Positions 46,017-54,553 of a DNA stretch of 64,000 bases are shown piece after piece. The stretch spans positions 64,001 to 128,000 of the forward strand of contig JBCCQQ010000008.1 in assembly GCA_039024555.1 (NCBI GenBank), given 5' to 3'. A program made the translations under genes and the position numbers. Every line of letters begins with the position of its first letter. Position 1 is the first letter of the stretch. The stretch comes from Cyanobacteria bacterium P01_D01_bin.156 (GTDB lineage Bacteria; Cyanobacteriota; Cyanobacteriia; Phormidesmidales; Phormidesmidaceae). The notes beneath the pieces are model-generated. The model saw nothing but the letters and a program-made list of their open reading frames with translations. It was not told where the DNA came from and did not search any database.

Positions 46017-46934
46017 TCAACTTTCTCTTAAGACTATTTTAGTTGCTATGAAATTGGCGGCCTGTTGTAGCGAACTTCGAGCCTCCGGAACAAAGCCGTC
46101 GAGCATTTGCCAGCTGTGGAAGACGCCAGCGCATACCACCAACTCGCTTTCTCCACCGGAAGATTGGACCTTATCATGTACCCGCTTCGCATCGTCGAGA
46201 AGGATCTCGGTGTCACCAACCTGAATATGTAGCGGAGCAATCCCATCTAACCGTCCAAATAGCGGAGATGCGCCTGCTTCGCGCCATTCCTCTGGTCGAG
46301 CATAACAACGGGCGAACGCTTGAATATTTTCCGATCGGAGCATGGCGCATTTACCATCATTGACGGTGACTGATGCACCACTCCCCGTCAGGTCCGTAGC
46401 AGGGGAGAAAAGCACGGCACAGGAAGGTAAAGCTAGACCTTGATCGCGAATACGAAGCAGGAGCGCTAGGGCTAGTCCGCCCCCGGCGGAGTCACCTGCC
46501 AAGGCGATATCGTGATGAGAGACGCCGCTGTTGATTAACCATTGGTACGCGGCTTCTGCGTCGTCGAGCGCAGCCGGATACGGAAACTCAGGGGCTAGCC
46601 GATACTCGGACGCGAAGACTCTAGCGGGTGTGAGTCGAGCTAAGGCCGCTGTAATCGGCCGATGAGTCGAGGGCGAACACGAAACGTATCCGCCGCCGTG
46701 CAGGTAGAGGATGGTTCGACGGGTTGATGCGCTTGGGACTATCCACTCACCCGGCGGGTGATGGATCTCGGTGGGCGTTACGGTGACGCCAGCCAAATTG
46801 AAGCGTCGAAGGGGGCGCGGTGTGCCAAACAAACGTCGAGCACGACGTACCATGGACTCGGGTGGTCCCCAATCACGACGTCGGATCAGGACGCGAAGTA
46901 TCTGAGCTACAAAACGTGCGCGTATACTGCTCAT
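46017..46934 (-). CDS. Alpha/beta hydrolase (HSL/family IV esterase)
   Basis: HGGGY, YRLAPE and GDSAGG, with catalytic E/D and H near the C-terminus. Confidence 0.92.
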   Translation of the reverse strand: MSSIRARFVAQILRVLIRRRDWGPPESMVRRARRLFGTPRPLRRFNLAGVTVTPTEIHHPPGEWIVPSASTRRTILYLHGGGYVSCSPSTHRPITAALARLTPARVFASEYRLAPEFPYPAALDDAEAAYQWLINSGVSHHDIALAGDSAGGGLALALLLRIRDQGLALPSCAVLFSPATDLTGSGASVTVNDGKCAMLRSENIQAFARCYARPEEWREAGASPLFGRLDGIAPLHIQVGDTEILLDDAKRVHDKVQSSGGESELVVCAGVFHSWQMLDGFVPEARSSLQQAANFIATKIVLRES

Positions 46935-47021
46935 CAGAGTACTGTATCGAATGGCTCGCTGAAGAGTGTGGAATTCGCCTTCCTAAAAGAGTAGGGTCGT
47001 GATCAAATTTAGAATTCTCCC

Positions 47022-48194
47022 TTACCGTCTCGCCAAAACCTGCTGATTTGAGTTTATCCCTAACAACAGTACTATCGCTAAGATTGTTGTGGTCACACTA
47101 AAATAAAAGGGCGCAGCGACTGATACTTGGGTATAGAGCCATCCTGCAATCAAGCTAGCGGGCAGTGTAGCTAACCCAATCAACATATGAAAGGTGCCAA
47201 CCTCCGCACCGCGCCGATCGGGATTTACCAGATCGGCAACAAATGCTTTTTGCACACCCCGCGTCAGAGTGGAATAAAGACCATAAAACATAAAAAGGCC
47301 CCATACTATTTCAGCCTTTTGGGCCAGGGCAAAGCCCAGGTATACCAAAGCAAAAACTCCATAGCCCGCTATTAATAAAGGACGACGGCCAATACGATCT
47401 GATAGTCGCCCCGCAGTGAAGCCTAAAAAGGTTTCTACTAGGTTAAACACTGCATAAAGCAACAACAATTGACTACCTGTAAGGCCCAGATCTTGAGATC
47501 GCAGTAACAAAAACGCATCCGACGAGTTCCCTAAACTAAACAGCCCCACCACCAGCAAAAACTGCCGATAGGCTGGGCTGAGTCCTTTTAGCGTAAATTG
47601 CGGTCGCGATCGCGGCTTAGTATCACGCCTTGGTTCCCGCACCCACTTTAAAAGTACGAATACCCCCAGCAGGGCTGGGATAAACGCAAACGCAAACACC
47701 CCTCGATATCCCACCTGGCTCAATAACAACAGACCCAACAGGGGACCCAGTACTTCTCCAACCGTTTCCAGGCTATGGTGTAGCCCAAACGCTTGGCCTC
47801 GCTGTTCCGGTGCACAGTTTTCCGTAATCAGCACATCCCGTGGAGCCGCCCGCAATCCTTTACCAAGACGGTCCACCAGTCTAGCGGCTAGCACCATCCC
47901 CCAACCGCTAGCTGCTGCTAACCCCAGCTTAGAGAGTGCTCCCAAACCATAGCCTGTTACTGCAAAGGGCTTACGTTGACCCACCCGATCCGACAGCCAA
48001 CCAGAATAGAGCTTTAACAAACTGGCTGTACTCTCAGCAATGCCCTCAATTACCCCTACCGTCCATACTGGAGCCCCTAAAACCGATGTTAGAAAAATCG
48101 GTGTAATCGGGTACACCATTTTGCTAGCAAAATCAGTGCAAAGACTTACCCAGCCGAGGGCACGTACTGTCGGCGACAGCGTCGATTTAGGCAT
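47022..48194 (-). CDS. MFS transporter
   Basis: GWLSDRVGQRK and GRLSDRIGRR motif A repeats with about 12 hydrophobic segments. Confidence 0.93.
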   Translation of the reverse strand: MPKSTLSPTVRALGWVSLCTDFASKMVYPITPIFLTSVLGAPVWTVGVIEGIAESTASLLKLYSGWLSDRVGQRKPFAVTGYGLGALSKLGLAAASGWGMVLAARLVDRLGKGLRAAPRDVLITENCAPEQRGQAFGLHHSLETVGEVLGPLLGLLLLSQVGYRGVFAFAFIPALLGVFVLLKWVREPRRDTKPRSRPQFTLKGLSPAYRQFLLVVGLFSLGNSSDAFLLLRSQDLGLTGSQLLLLYAVFNLVETFLGFTAGRLSDRIGRRPLLIAGYGVFALVYLGFALAQKAEIVWGLFMFYGLYSTLTRGVQKAFVADLVNPDRRGAEVGTFHMLIGLATLPASLIAGWLYTQVSVAAPFYFSVTTTILAIVLLLGINSNQQVLARR

Positions 48195-48981
48195 GCTTTG
48201 GTACTGATTGCAGCAGCTTTTGAGGCGTCTTTGTGGGTAGAGCTACTTTTGGTAATAATTTTGTTGGACTAGCCTGCATTTTTTGGTTTAGCAATGCCTG
48301 GAACTGCTCGTTTAGTAGACGCTGACGCATAGCCTCATCAAGCCTAGCAGGAACAAATTTTTCCAACCTAACAATCACTAGCCAATCACCCAATTTTTCA
48401 GGTGGCCATAGCTCCTGCGGCTCAATTATTTGCAAAATTCTTGCCAAATTGGGGTGAAGGGTACCTAGCTCAACGGGGCCTACCATGCCACCGGTCTGCG
48501 CTTCCTTCCCTTGAGAATACTGCTTCGCTAAGTTTGCAAATGACACTTTATCGTCGCGTAGGCGAAAGTATAGTTCTTGGGCTAAGGAAACATCCTTAGT
48601 GCGAAGCAGCGAGTAGATGGCTCGGTCATACTTGGCCTTGTTTTGCATAAAGATCGACTGAATCTGAGAACCCCAAGTATCTTCCTTAAACCGATGCAAT
48701 CGATAGGCACGCAGCGCTTCAGCAACTAAATGCTGAGGTTCTAACTGATGCTGCTGACACCAGGCTTGACGCTGTTCGTCACTAAGCAAGTTATTTTGGG
48801 TGCAATAGTACTCGTAGGCGACCTGCTGATCGCAGGTAATGCCACCGATGAGCTGATCAATCACTAGCTCTTTTACTAGCTGTGGCAACAGACGATACTG
48901 CCGAATTTTTTGTACCAGCTCCGGAGTGTTGAGAATTTGAGCTCCAACTTGGATAGCGGGTTCCATAGGCAGATACTGCAC
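48187..48981 (-). CDS. Parvulin-type peptidyl-prolyl isomerase (cyanobacterial type)
   Basis: YSLLRT..LAQELYFRL...FANLAKQYSQG.E..TGGMVGP. Overlaps the MFS start, so probably co-transcribed. Confidence 0.85.
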   Translation of the reverse strand: MQYLPMEPAIQVGAQILNTPELVQKIRQYRLLPQLVKELVIDQLIGGITCDQQVAYEYYCTQNNLLSDEQRQAWCQQHQLEPQHLVAEALRAYRLHRFKEDTWGSQIQSIFMQNKAKYDRAIYSLLRTKDVSLAQELYFRLRDDKVSFANLAKQYSQGKEAQTGGMVGPVELGTLHPNLARILQIIEPQELWPPEKLGDWLVIVRLEKFVPARLDEAMRQRLLNEQFQALLNQKMQASPTKLLPKVALPTKTPQKLLQSVPKHA

Positions 48982-48991
48982 TCTAATGACT

Positions 48992-49010
48992 ATTAAAACT
49001 AAGTCTCAAT
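48992..49010. promoter_or_regulatory. Fur-box-like 19-mer upstream of the parvulin-MFS operon
   Basis: ATTAAAACTAAGTCTCAAT (reverse complement ATTGAGACTTAGTTTTAAT). Confidence 0.5.
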
Positions 49011-49226
49011 AAACTTATTATGCTATTAGATTACCATCCTTAAAACCGGAGTAATCTCACACAGTGTCTAGACTACTACTTATGTAATGGAAGCATTAGG
49101 TCGTAACTGCTCAGGATAAAAGGTTTAGCATTTTTTTACTATTCCATCTTCTCAAGGCACACGAACCTATTAAGCATACTCAAAGACATATCTGACCATA
49201 GGGAAGCCCAAATCGCTATTGAGTTT

Positions 49227-49245
49227 ATTGAGAAAGTTTTGCAAT
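49227..49245. promoter_or_regulatory. Fur-box-like 19-mer upstream of the small Cys-rich gene
   Basis: ATTGAGAAAGTTTTGCAAT. Confidence 0.6.
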
Positions 49246-49285
49246 AATTTAGGCGCCCCACCATCAACAGGAATACAAAACAGGG

Positions 49286-49585
49286 ATGAACGACATTATC
49301 ACCACCTGTTCAATCATCGTTGCCATCATCATGGGGCCTTTGTTGCTTCTGTGTCTAATGGCTTGGTTTACTGTACAAGCATTTGTAGATATCAAAACCA
49401 AAGCACTACAGATCTACTTACAACGCTCCACCCCTTGTGGTCGTTGTGCTTACTACACAGGCTGCAAAGAACTAGCCTGTGCTGTACACCCCTACTTAGC
49501 CTTGACACAGGCGGCAAAAGATTGCCGAGATTTTACTGCAGCAGAGACAATTATTCCACCAGCTACTGATTGCTACAAGTATTGA
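49286..49585 (+). CDS. Small membrane-anchored Cys-rich protein (CxxC...CAVHP...C)
   Basis: N-terminal TM helix and PCGRCAYY....LACAVHP.......CRDF, a motif typical of small cyanobacterial proteins. Confidence 0.8.
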   Translation: MNDIITTCSIIVAIIMGPLLLLCLMAWFTVQAFVDIKTKALQIYLQRSTPCGRCAYYTGCKELACAVHPYLALTQAAKDCRDFTAAETIIPPATDCYKY

Positions 49586-49629
49586 CAGGGAAAGTATGTA
49601 GCCTTTCGTACAGCTATTAGACCATTAAC

Positions 49630-50706
49630 CTAAATCGGTATTGCTTTAACTGAGTATTGCTGCACAGGAACCAGCGGTTGGTCTGTTCCAGATTTCATCT
49701 GACTGAGTACAGAGTGGCTTACCTCCACTCGTACCCTATAGGTTTTAATTATCGCTCTCTCATGCCAAGAGATTTCAACGTCTGCCCAGGTCAATTTCCG
49801 TTCTAATTTCTTGAGTAAAATCTGAGCACGAATATGGGGAATCCAGGGTAGAACCCATCGCAGGAACTGGTGTATGAATTTTCCCGGATCTCGTCTAATT
49901 ACCCTGGCTAGTTTCGGTTTATGTAGCCAAGACCATCCCTGCTGCATCCACAGGTCCCGTTCCGCAACTTGCTCCCAATGGGAAAAGCCAGTCCAGCCTC
50001 GGTAAAACAAGCGTAATTCAGAAATATCTCCCCGACGATAAACTAGACTGTCTAACGCATCTGGCTCCAAATGCCCCCAAAATTGCCCCATGGGAAAGTC
50101 AATCAGCGTTGGTGCAAAGTTATGCCCTCCAAAGTGAGATGTTTGCCATATCTGCAGCTGTCCGTCCTGGGCATAGCGTTCTCGCAATGTCCGATATAAG
50201 GGAGTACCAAACCGTCCACAAGCGACATCATAGTGGGTGTGGGTACATACAAAAAGATTGCGAGTAAATGGCTGCTGATAGGCTGAGAATGTTTCTATCT
50301 GGGCGGGTTGAAGGGTCAGACTTTGAACTAAATTAGCAATTTTTTGGCGCGGTACCCAGTAATGTTGCTGGGTATAGTCTGCGACAGGCCCCCGGGGTTT
50401 GCGATAAAAAAATATGTGACAGCGATCCGGAGTTGAATGGTGTTTATCAGGAGCGATCGCAACAATCCGCAATCGCTTCCACAGCTTTGGCTTTCTTTCA
50501 ATCTGCTGAAATACCTCCTGGAGCTCCGACAATTGATCCTGCCAGGGGTTTTTCGCCCACGGTTGAGGCACCTCAATGAACATCCACTGATCTGCCACAA
50601 CAGCGCTACCGATGGGATCTTCTTGATTAGCCTTGGAAGCTACCGAACAATACCGACAAGGTGAGTCAGTAGAAACTGACGTCGCCAAAGAGTGGTGAGC
50701 GGCCAT
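49630..50706 (-). CDS. Sucrase/ferredoxin-like (thioredoxin-like 2Fe-2S) protein
   Basis: CS...EDPIGSA, FVCTHTHYDVACGRFG and SHFGGHNFAPT. Confidence 0.9.
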   Translation of the reverse strand: MAAHHSLATSVSTDSPCRYCSVASKANQEDPIGSAVVADQWMFIEVPQPWAKNPWQDQLSELQEVFQQIERKPKLWKRLRIVAIAPDKHHSTPDRCHIFFYRKPRGPVADYTQQHYWVPRQKIANLVQSLTLQPAQIETFSAYQQPFTRNLFVCTHTHYDVACGRFGTPLYRTLRERYAQDGQLQIWQTSHFGGHNFAPTLIDFPMGQFWGHLEPDALDSLVYRRGDISELRLFYRGWTGFSHWEQVAERDLWMQQGWSWLHKPKLARVIRRDPGKFIHQFLRWVLPWIPHIRAQILLKKLERKLTWADVEISWHERAIIKTYRVRVEVSHSVLSQMKSGTDQPLVPVQQYSVKAIPI

Positions 50707-50725
50707 TATGAATAGATTACTCAGC
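50707..50725. promoter_or_regulatory. Weak Fur-box-like dyad between divergent sucrase-ferredoxin and TEII genes
   Basis: TATGAATAGATTACTCAGC, with core TGAATAG-A-TTACTCA. Confidence 0.35.
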
Positions 50726-50784
50726 TAAAGGATTAACTTAACGTTAGGATACTAATCCTGAACACCCCTACAGACTAATGCATC

Positions 50785-51510
50785 ATGAGCAGCTGGATAG
50801 TCTGTCCATACCCAAAATCGCATCCCAAAATCAGACTGTTGTGTTTTGCCCATGCAGGCGGTTCTGCATGGATGTTCCGCACCTGGGCAAAACAATTGCC
50901 AGAGACCGTTGAAGTGTATGCCATCGAACTGCCTGGCCGGGGCAAACGTATAACAGAAGCCCCTCTCAAACGTGTCACCTCTATTATTGAAAAGCTAGGT
51001 CCTGAGGTCCTGCCTTACTTGAATCTTCCTTTTGCCTGCTTTGGTCACAGTCTAGGCGCCCTTATTGCCTTTGAACTGTGCCGATGGCTTAGACATAGTG
51101 TACAGCTAACCCCTCTACATTTATGGGTTTCTGCAGCCCAAGCTCCCCACCTCCCGGCAGAAAGAACCCTCATGCACACCCTACCCGACGCAGCATTTAT
51201 CGATGAACTAAAACGCTATAAGGGTACCCCTGAAAATATTTTGAACAACGCAGAGATGATGGCCCTCGTACTTCCCATCCTCCGCGCTGACTTTACTGTC
51301 CTAGAGACCTATAAATACCAACCTGGTATGCCACTAACTTGTCCCGTTACAGGCTTTTGGGGTCGCCAAGACACTATCGTTAGTCAGGAACAAGTTGCCG
51401 CTTGGGCAATTCATTCTCAAAACTTTTCATTGGAAGCTATTGATGGGGATCACTTTTTTGTACAGCAACCACTATTTGCCACCAAACTATTGCCAGCACT
51501 GGCTACTTAA
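50785..51510 (+). CDS. Type II thioesterase (NRPS/PKS editing)
   Basis: FAHAGG, ELPGRG, GHSLG, LRADF and GDHFF. Confidence 0.94.
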   Translation: MSSWIVCPYPKSHPKIRLLCFAHAGGSAWMFRTWAKQLPETVEVYAIELPGRGKRITEAPLKRVTSIIEKLGPEVLPYLNLPFACFGHSLGALIAFELCRWLRHSVQLTPLHLWVSAAQAPHLPAERTLMHTLPDAAFIDELKRYKGTPENILNNAEMMALVLPILRADFTVLETYKYQPGMPLTCPVTGFWGRQDTIVSQEQVAAWAIHSQNFSLEAIDGDHFFVQQPLFATKLLPALAT

Positions 51511-52523
51511 CTAACCTGCTCTGTGGCATAGGCTATCTTCAAGGATTCAACCGATAGACCAGATGATGCGATCACACGCTGGCATCGAGCAATATCCGCA
51601 TCTCCTCCGTATACATTCCGTTCAAGTCTATGGGCCGTGTATAGAATTTCAGGGTGGGGTAGCCACGGCAAAATAACCTGATCCTTAGGGCTAGACAATA
51701 AACAAAGCAGCTGCTCCAGTTTCTCTAACGAGAATTCATCCTGGGGCAACACTACTACATTATCCACCTGCTCCACTAGCCAATCATGATCCCAGTCACT
51801 TCCGGTAAATGCAATTGCCAGCTTTGCTGTTGGCGCTGCATCAATAAATGAACAATCTGCTGTATCACCACAAAAAATCATATGCTTACCCCCCAGGCGA
51901 TACCATCCCGGCTCAACGTTTAATGCCAGCTCATGGGACATAGCTAGAGATGACGAGGGCAGCGACTGTAGTTTTGCCTGTCTGGCTTTCCCTGGGATAA
52001 CCCGAATAATTTCTGACTCAGATATGGGGACGTCATCAAAATTGGGAATCCCATCATCGTCTTTAGCTACAGCAGCCGACTTTAGATGCTTCACCTTTTT
52101 AATGGCTGTCCGTAGCTCATTCGCCGTAATTTTCTTACCCTGTTCAGCAGCTTCTAACACCTCGTTCCGTAGGTCTTCAGGTACAGACGGTGATGCTAGC
52201 TGATACAACAGAGACGTCGCTATGTCGACTTTTGCAAGATTTGCAAATCTATCGCCAAAGGTTTCATAGACCTTAATAAAGTTGTACGCCGTTCGCTGAC
52301 TCCAACCAAACTCAGCCTTTAGCCAGGTAAGAAATTGGCCGTACTGCAGCCGCGATCTCACATCTGATAGCTTCTCACCAATTTCCCAAACATCCTGAGC
52401 CGATCGCCGTAACCGCTCTCGAATTTCCCCAGTACGCTGCTGAATAATCGAACGCTGTGATACATCTAAGCTGCCATAGTCAAACAGCGCACTAATTGAT
52501 GAAGCCTTAGAACCACGAGCCAT
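51507..52523 (-). CDS. DUF3102-domain protein with degenerate DNA-methylase-like C-terminus
   Basis: WEIGEKL..VR..L.YGQFLTWLKAEFGWSQRTAYNFIKVY. C-terminal WYRLGGKHMIFCGD. Confidence 0.8.
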   Translation of the reverse strand: MARGSKASSISALFDYGSLDVSQRSIIQQRTGEIRERLRRSAQDVWEIGEKLSDVRSRLQYGQFLTWLKAEFGWSQRTAYNFIKVYETFGDRFANLAKVDIATSLLYQLASPSVPEDLRNEVLEAAEQGKKITANELRTAIKKVKHLKSAAVAKDDDGIPNFDDVPISESEIIRVIPGKARQAKLQSLPSSSLAMSHELALNVEPGWYRLGGKHMIFCGDTADCSFIDAAPTAKLAIAFTGSDWDHDWLVEQVDNVVVLPQDEFSLEKLEQLLCLLSSPKDQVILPWLPHPEILYTAHRLERNVYGGDADIARCQRVIASSGLSVESLKIAYATEQVS

Positions 52524-52613
52524 AACAGAACCTATAGGGCAGTAATAAATAAGCTGCAGGTCATTATGTTTTATAAGAAAACAAATTACCTACGAATTTA
52601 TAACCAAAACTAA

Positions 52614-52632
52614 CTTGAAAATTTATTCCAAG
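52614..52632. promoter_or_regulatory. Fur-box-like 19-mer upstream of the ABC transporter pair
   Basis: CTTGAAAATTTATTCCAAG. Confidence 0.5.
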
Positions 52633-52795
52633 TCCACATTTATGTTATCCGATTGACTTGACTTCACACGAATAACATGCAGTTTAATTTTTTGATATGC
52701 CTTATTGAAACAGTAGCCAATCAATTTATTAGGATTATTTTTTGGTAGTTCCTATGATGAATACAGACGCATTTTAGTTTCCAAGGATTATGTGA

Positions 52796-54478
52796 ATGCT
52801 TCAACTGTTTGAGCGCGTTAGCCAACCGCTCTGGCAAATAATCCAGTTTTACTGGATGCACGCCGCCTCTCAACAAAAGAGAACTGCCAGCCTTTGCCTA
52901 TTATTACTCGTAGCTCTATCAGCTATTAGTAGTAGTTTCTTAGTTTTTGAAAGTCTACAGCGAGGAGAATTTATTTCAGCTCTGGCAGCTCGGGACCCAC
53001 AACGATTTCAAACCACCCTATCTCTTTTTATCGGCATCCTCCTGGCGAGCGCACTTTTTCTCTCCATTAGTACCTACGTTCGAGATCGTCTAGGTTTGCA
53101 CTGGCGGCGCTGGTTAACTCGTTATCTGCTGACATCTTATTTGAGCCAGCGACGGTTCTATTACTTGTCTGATGATATCGATAATCCTGACCAGCGCATG
53201 GCTGAGGATATTAAACACATTACCCAAACATCTGTTTTTATTCTGTCCACGTTACTGGAATCTGGCATTCAACTCATTGGCTTTATTGGGGTGTTGTGGT
53301 CAGTTTCTTTGGGGCTAACAGGCTTTTTAAGTTTTTATGCACTCACTGGAAGTGCGATCGCAACATTCTTTTTCGGCAAACGACTCACCCGCATCAACGC
53401 TGAGCAGCTCAAACGAGAAGCCAACTTTCGCTTCGGCCTAATTGATATTCAAGAAAATGGCGAATCTATCGCTTTTTATCAAGGTCAAACCTACGCTAAG
53501 CAAGACAGTCATCAGCGTTTTGGCCAAGTCGTTGAAAACTTTAACCGCTTTATCCGCTGGCAGTTGGGCCTAGATTGTTTCCAAAATGGTTATCAATATC
53601 TCACCTTTATTATTCCTAGTTTGATTCTGGCTCCACAAATTCTGTCAGGCAATATAGAAGTAGGAGCTGTTGTTCAATCCCAAGCAGCCTTTGACCGTAT
53701 CTGGCTCTCTCTCAGTTTAGTAGTTGTACAGTTTGAACAGCTCACCACTTTAGCCGCCAGTATTGATCGGCTTAATCAGTTAATCCAAGGACTAGAAGTA
53801 ACTGATACCATCAATCACCCCATCAAAGTATTACCGAGTTCTCAAATCAGAACACAAAACCTCACCTTAGAACTGCCAGAGACTCAACGCACTCTTGTTA
53901 ATCAGCTCTCTTTCACGGTTGAAGCGAATCAAAATCTTTTAATCACGGGTCCCAGCGGTGTTGGCAAAAGCTCCCTAATCAGGGCTATCGCCGGACTTTG
54001 GACTACTGGTCAGGGAATCGTCCAATGTCCCTCGGACGATATTCTATTTTTGCCTCAGCGTCCATATCTAGTATTAGGGACCCTGCGACAACAGCTTCTA
54101 TATCCCAAAATAAATTCTAACCTAGCAGATCAAGAACTACTGTCTCTTCTGAAAACTGTACGGCTAGATGGCCTAACCGACCTAGAACAACAGCAAGATT
54201 GGTCCCAAAGGCTATCTACAGGGGAACAACAGCGATTGGCCTTTGCTCGGCTCTTGGTTACTCAACCTGCCTATGCGCTACTGGACGAAGCTACCAGCGC
54301 TCTATCAGTTCACCAGGAACAACATCTCTACCAACAGCTAGCCACTAAACCTATCACTTATATCAGTATTGGCCATCGTCCAAGTCTTTTAGACTACCAC
54401 CACCAAGTTTTAACCCTAAATAAAGACCACAGTTGGAATCTGCAGTCAGCAAAAACTTATAAAGAATTTGCCATCTAA
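52796..54478 (+). CDS. ABC transporter, fused permease/ATPase (ABCD/YddA/McyH-like)
   Basis: DNPDQRMAED, EANFR..E.IAFY, Walker A GPSGVGKS, LSTGEQQRLAFAR, LLDEATSAL. Confidence 0.94.
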   Translation: MLQLFERVSQPLWQIIQFYWMHAASQQKRTASLCLLLLVALSAISSSFLVFESLQRGEFISALAARDPQRFQTTLSLFIGILLASALFLSISTYVRDRLGLHWRRWLTRYLLTSYLSQRRFYYLSDDIDNPDQRMAEDIKHITQTSVFILSTLLESGIQLIGFIGVLWSVSLGLTGFLSFYALTGSAIATFFFGKRLTRINAEQLKREANFRFGLIDIQENGESIAFYQGQTYAKQDSHQRFGQVVENFNRFIRWQLGLDCFQNGYQYLTFIIPSLILAPQILSGNIEVGAVVQSQAAFDRIWLSLSLVVVQFEQLTTLAASIDRLNQLIQGLEVTDTINHPIKVLPSSQIRTQNLTLELPETQRTLVNQLSFTVEANQNLLITGPSGVGKSSLIRAIAGLWTTGQGIVQCPSDDILFLPQRPYLVLGTLRQQLLYPKINSNLADQELLSLLKTVRLDGLTDLEQQQDWSQRLSTGEQQRLAFARLLVTQPAYALLDEATSALSVHQEQHLYQQLATKPITYISIGHRPSLLDYHHQVLTLNKDHSWNLQSAKTYKEFAI

Positions 54479-54553
54479 AATAGCTGTCTTTTTCTATTGA
54501 TAGACCTATCAATATCTGCATCTTAACTCTCCTTGCTCCCTGTCTCCACCTTC

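Noticed and set aside
51507..52523. DUF3102 gene as evidence of a prophage or restriction-modification system
   Set aside because: There are no neighbouring phage, integrase or nuclease genes, and the methylase catalytic motifs are not intact.
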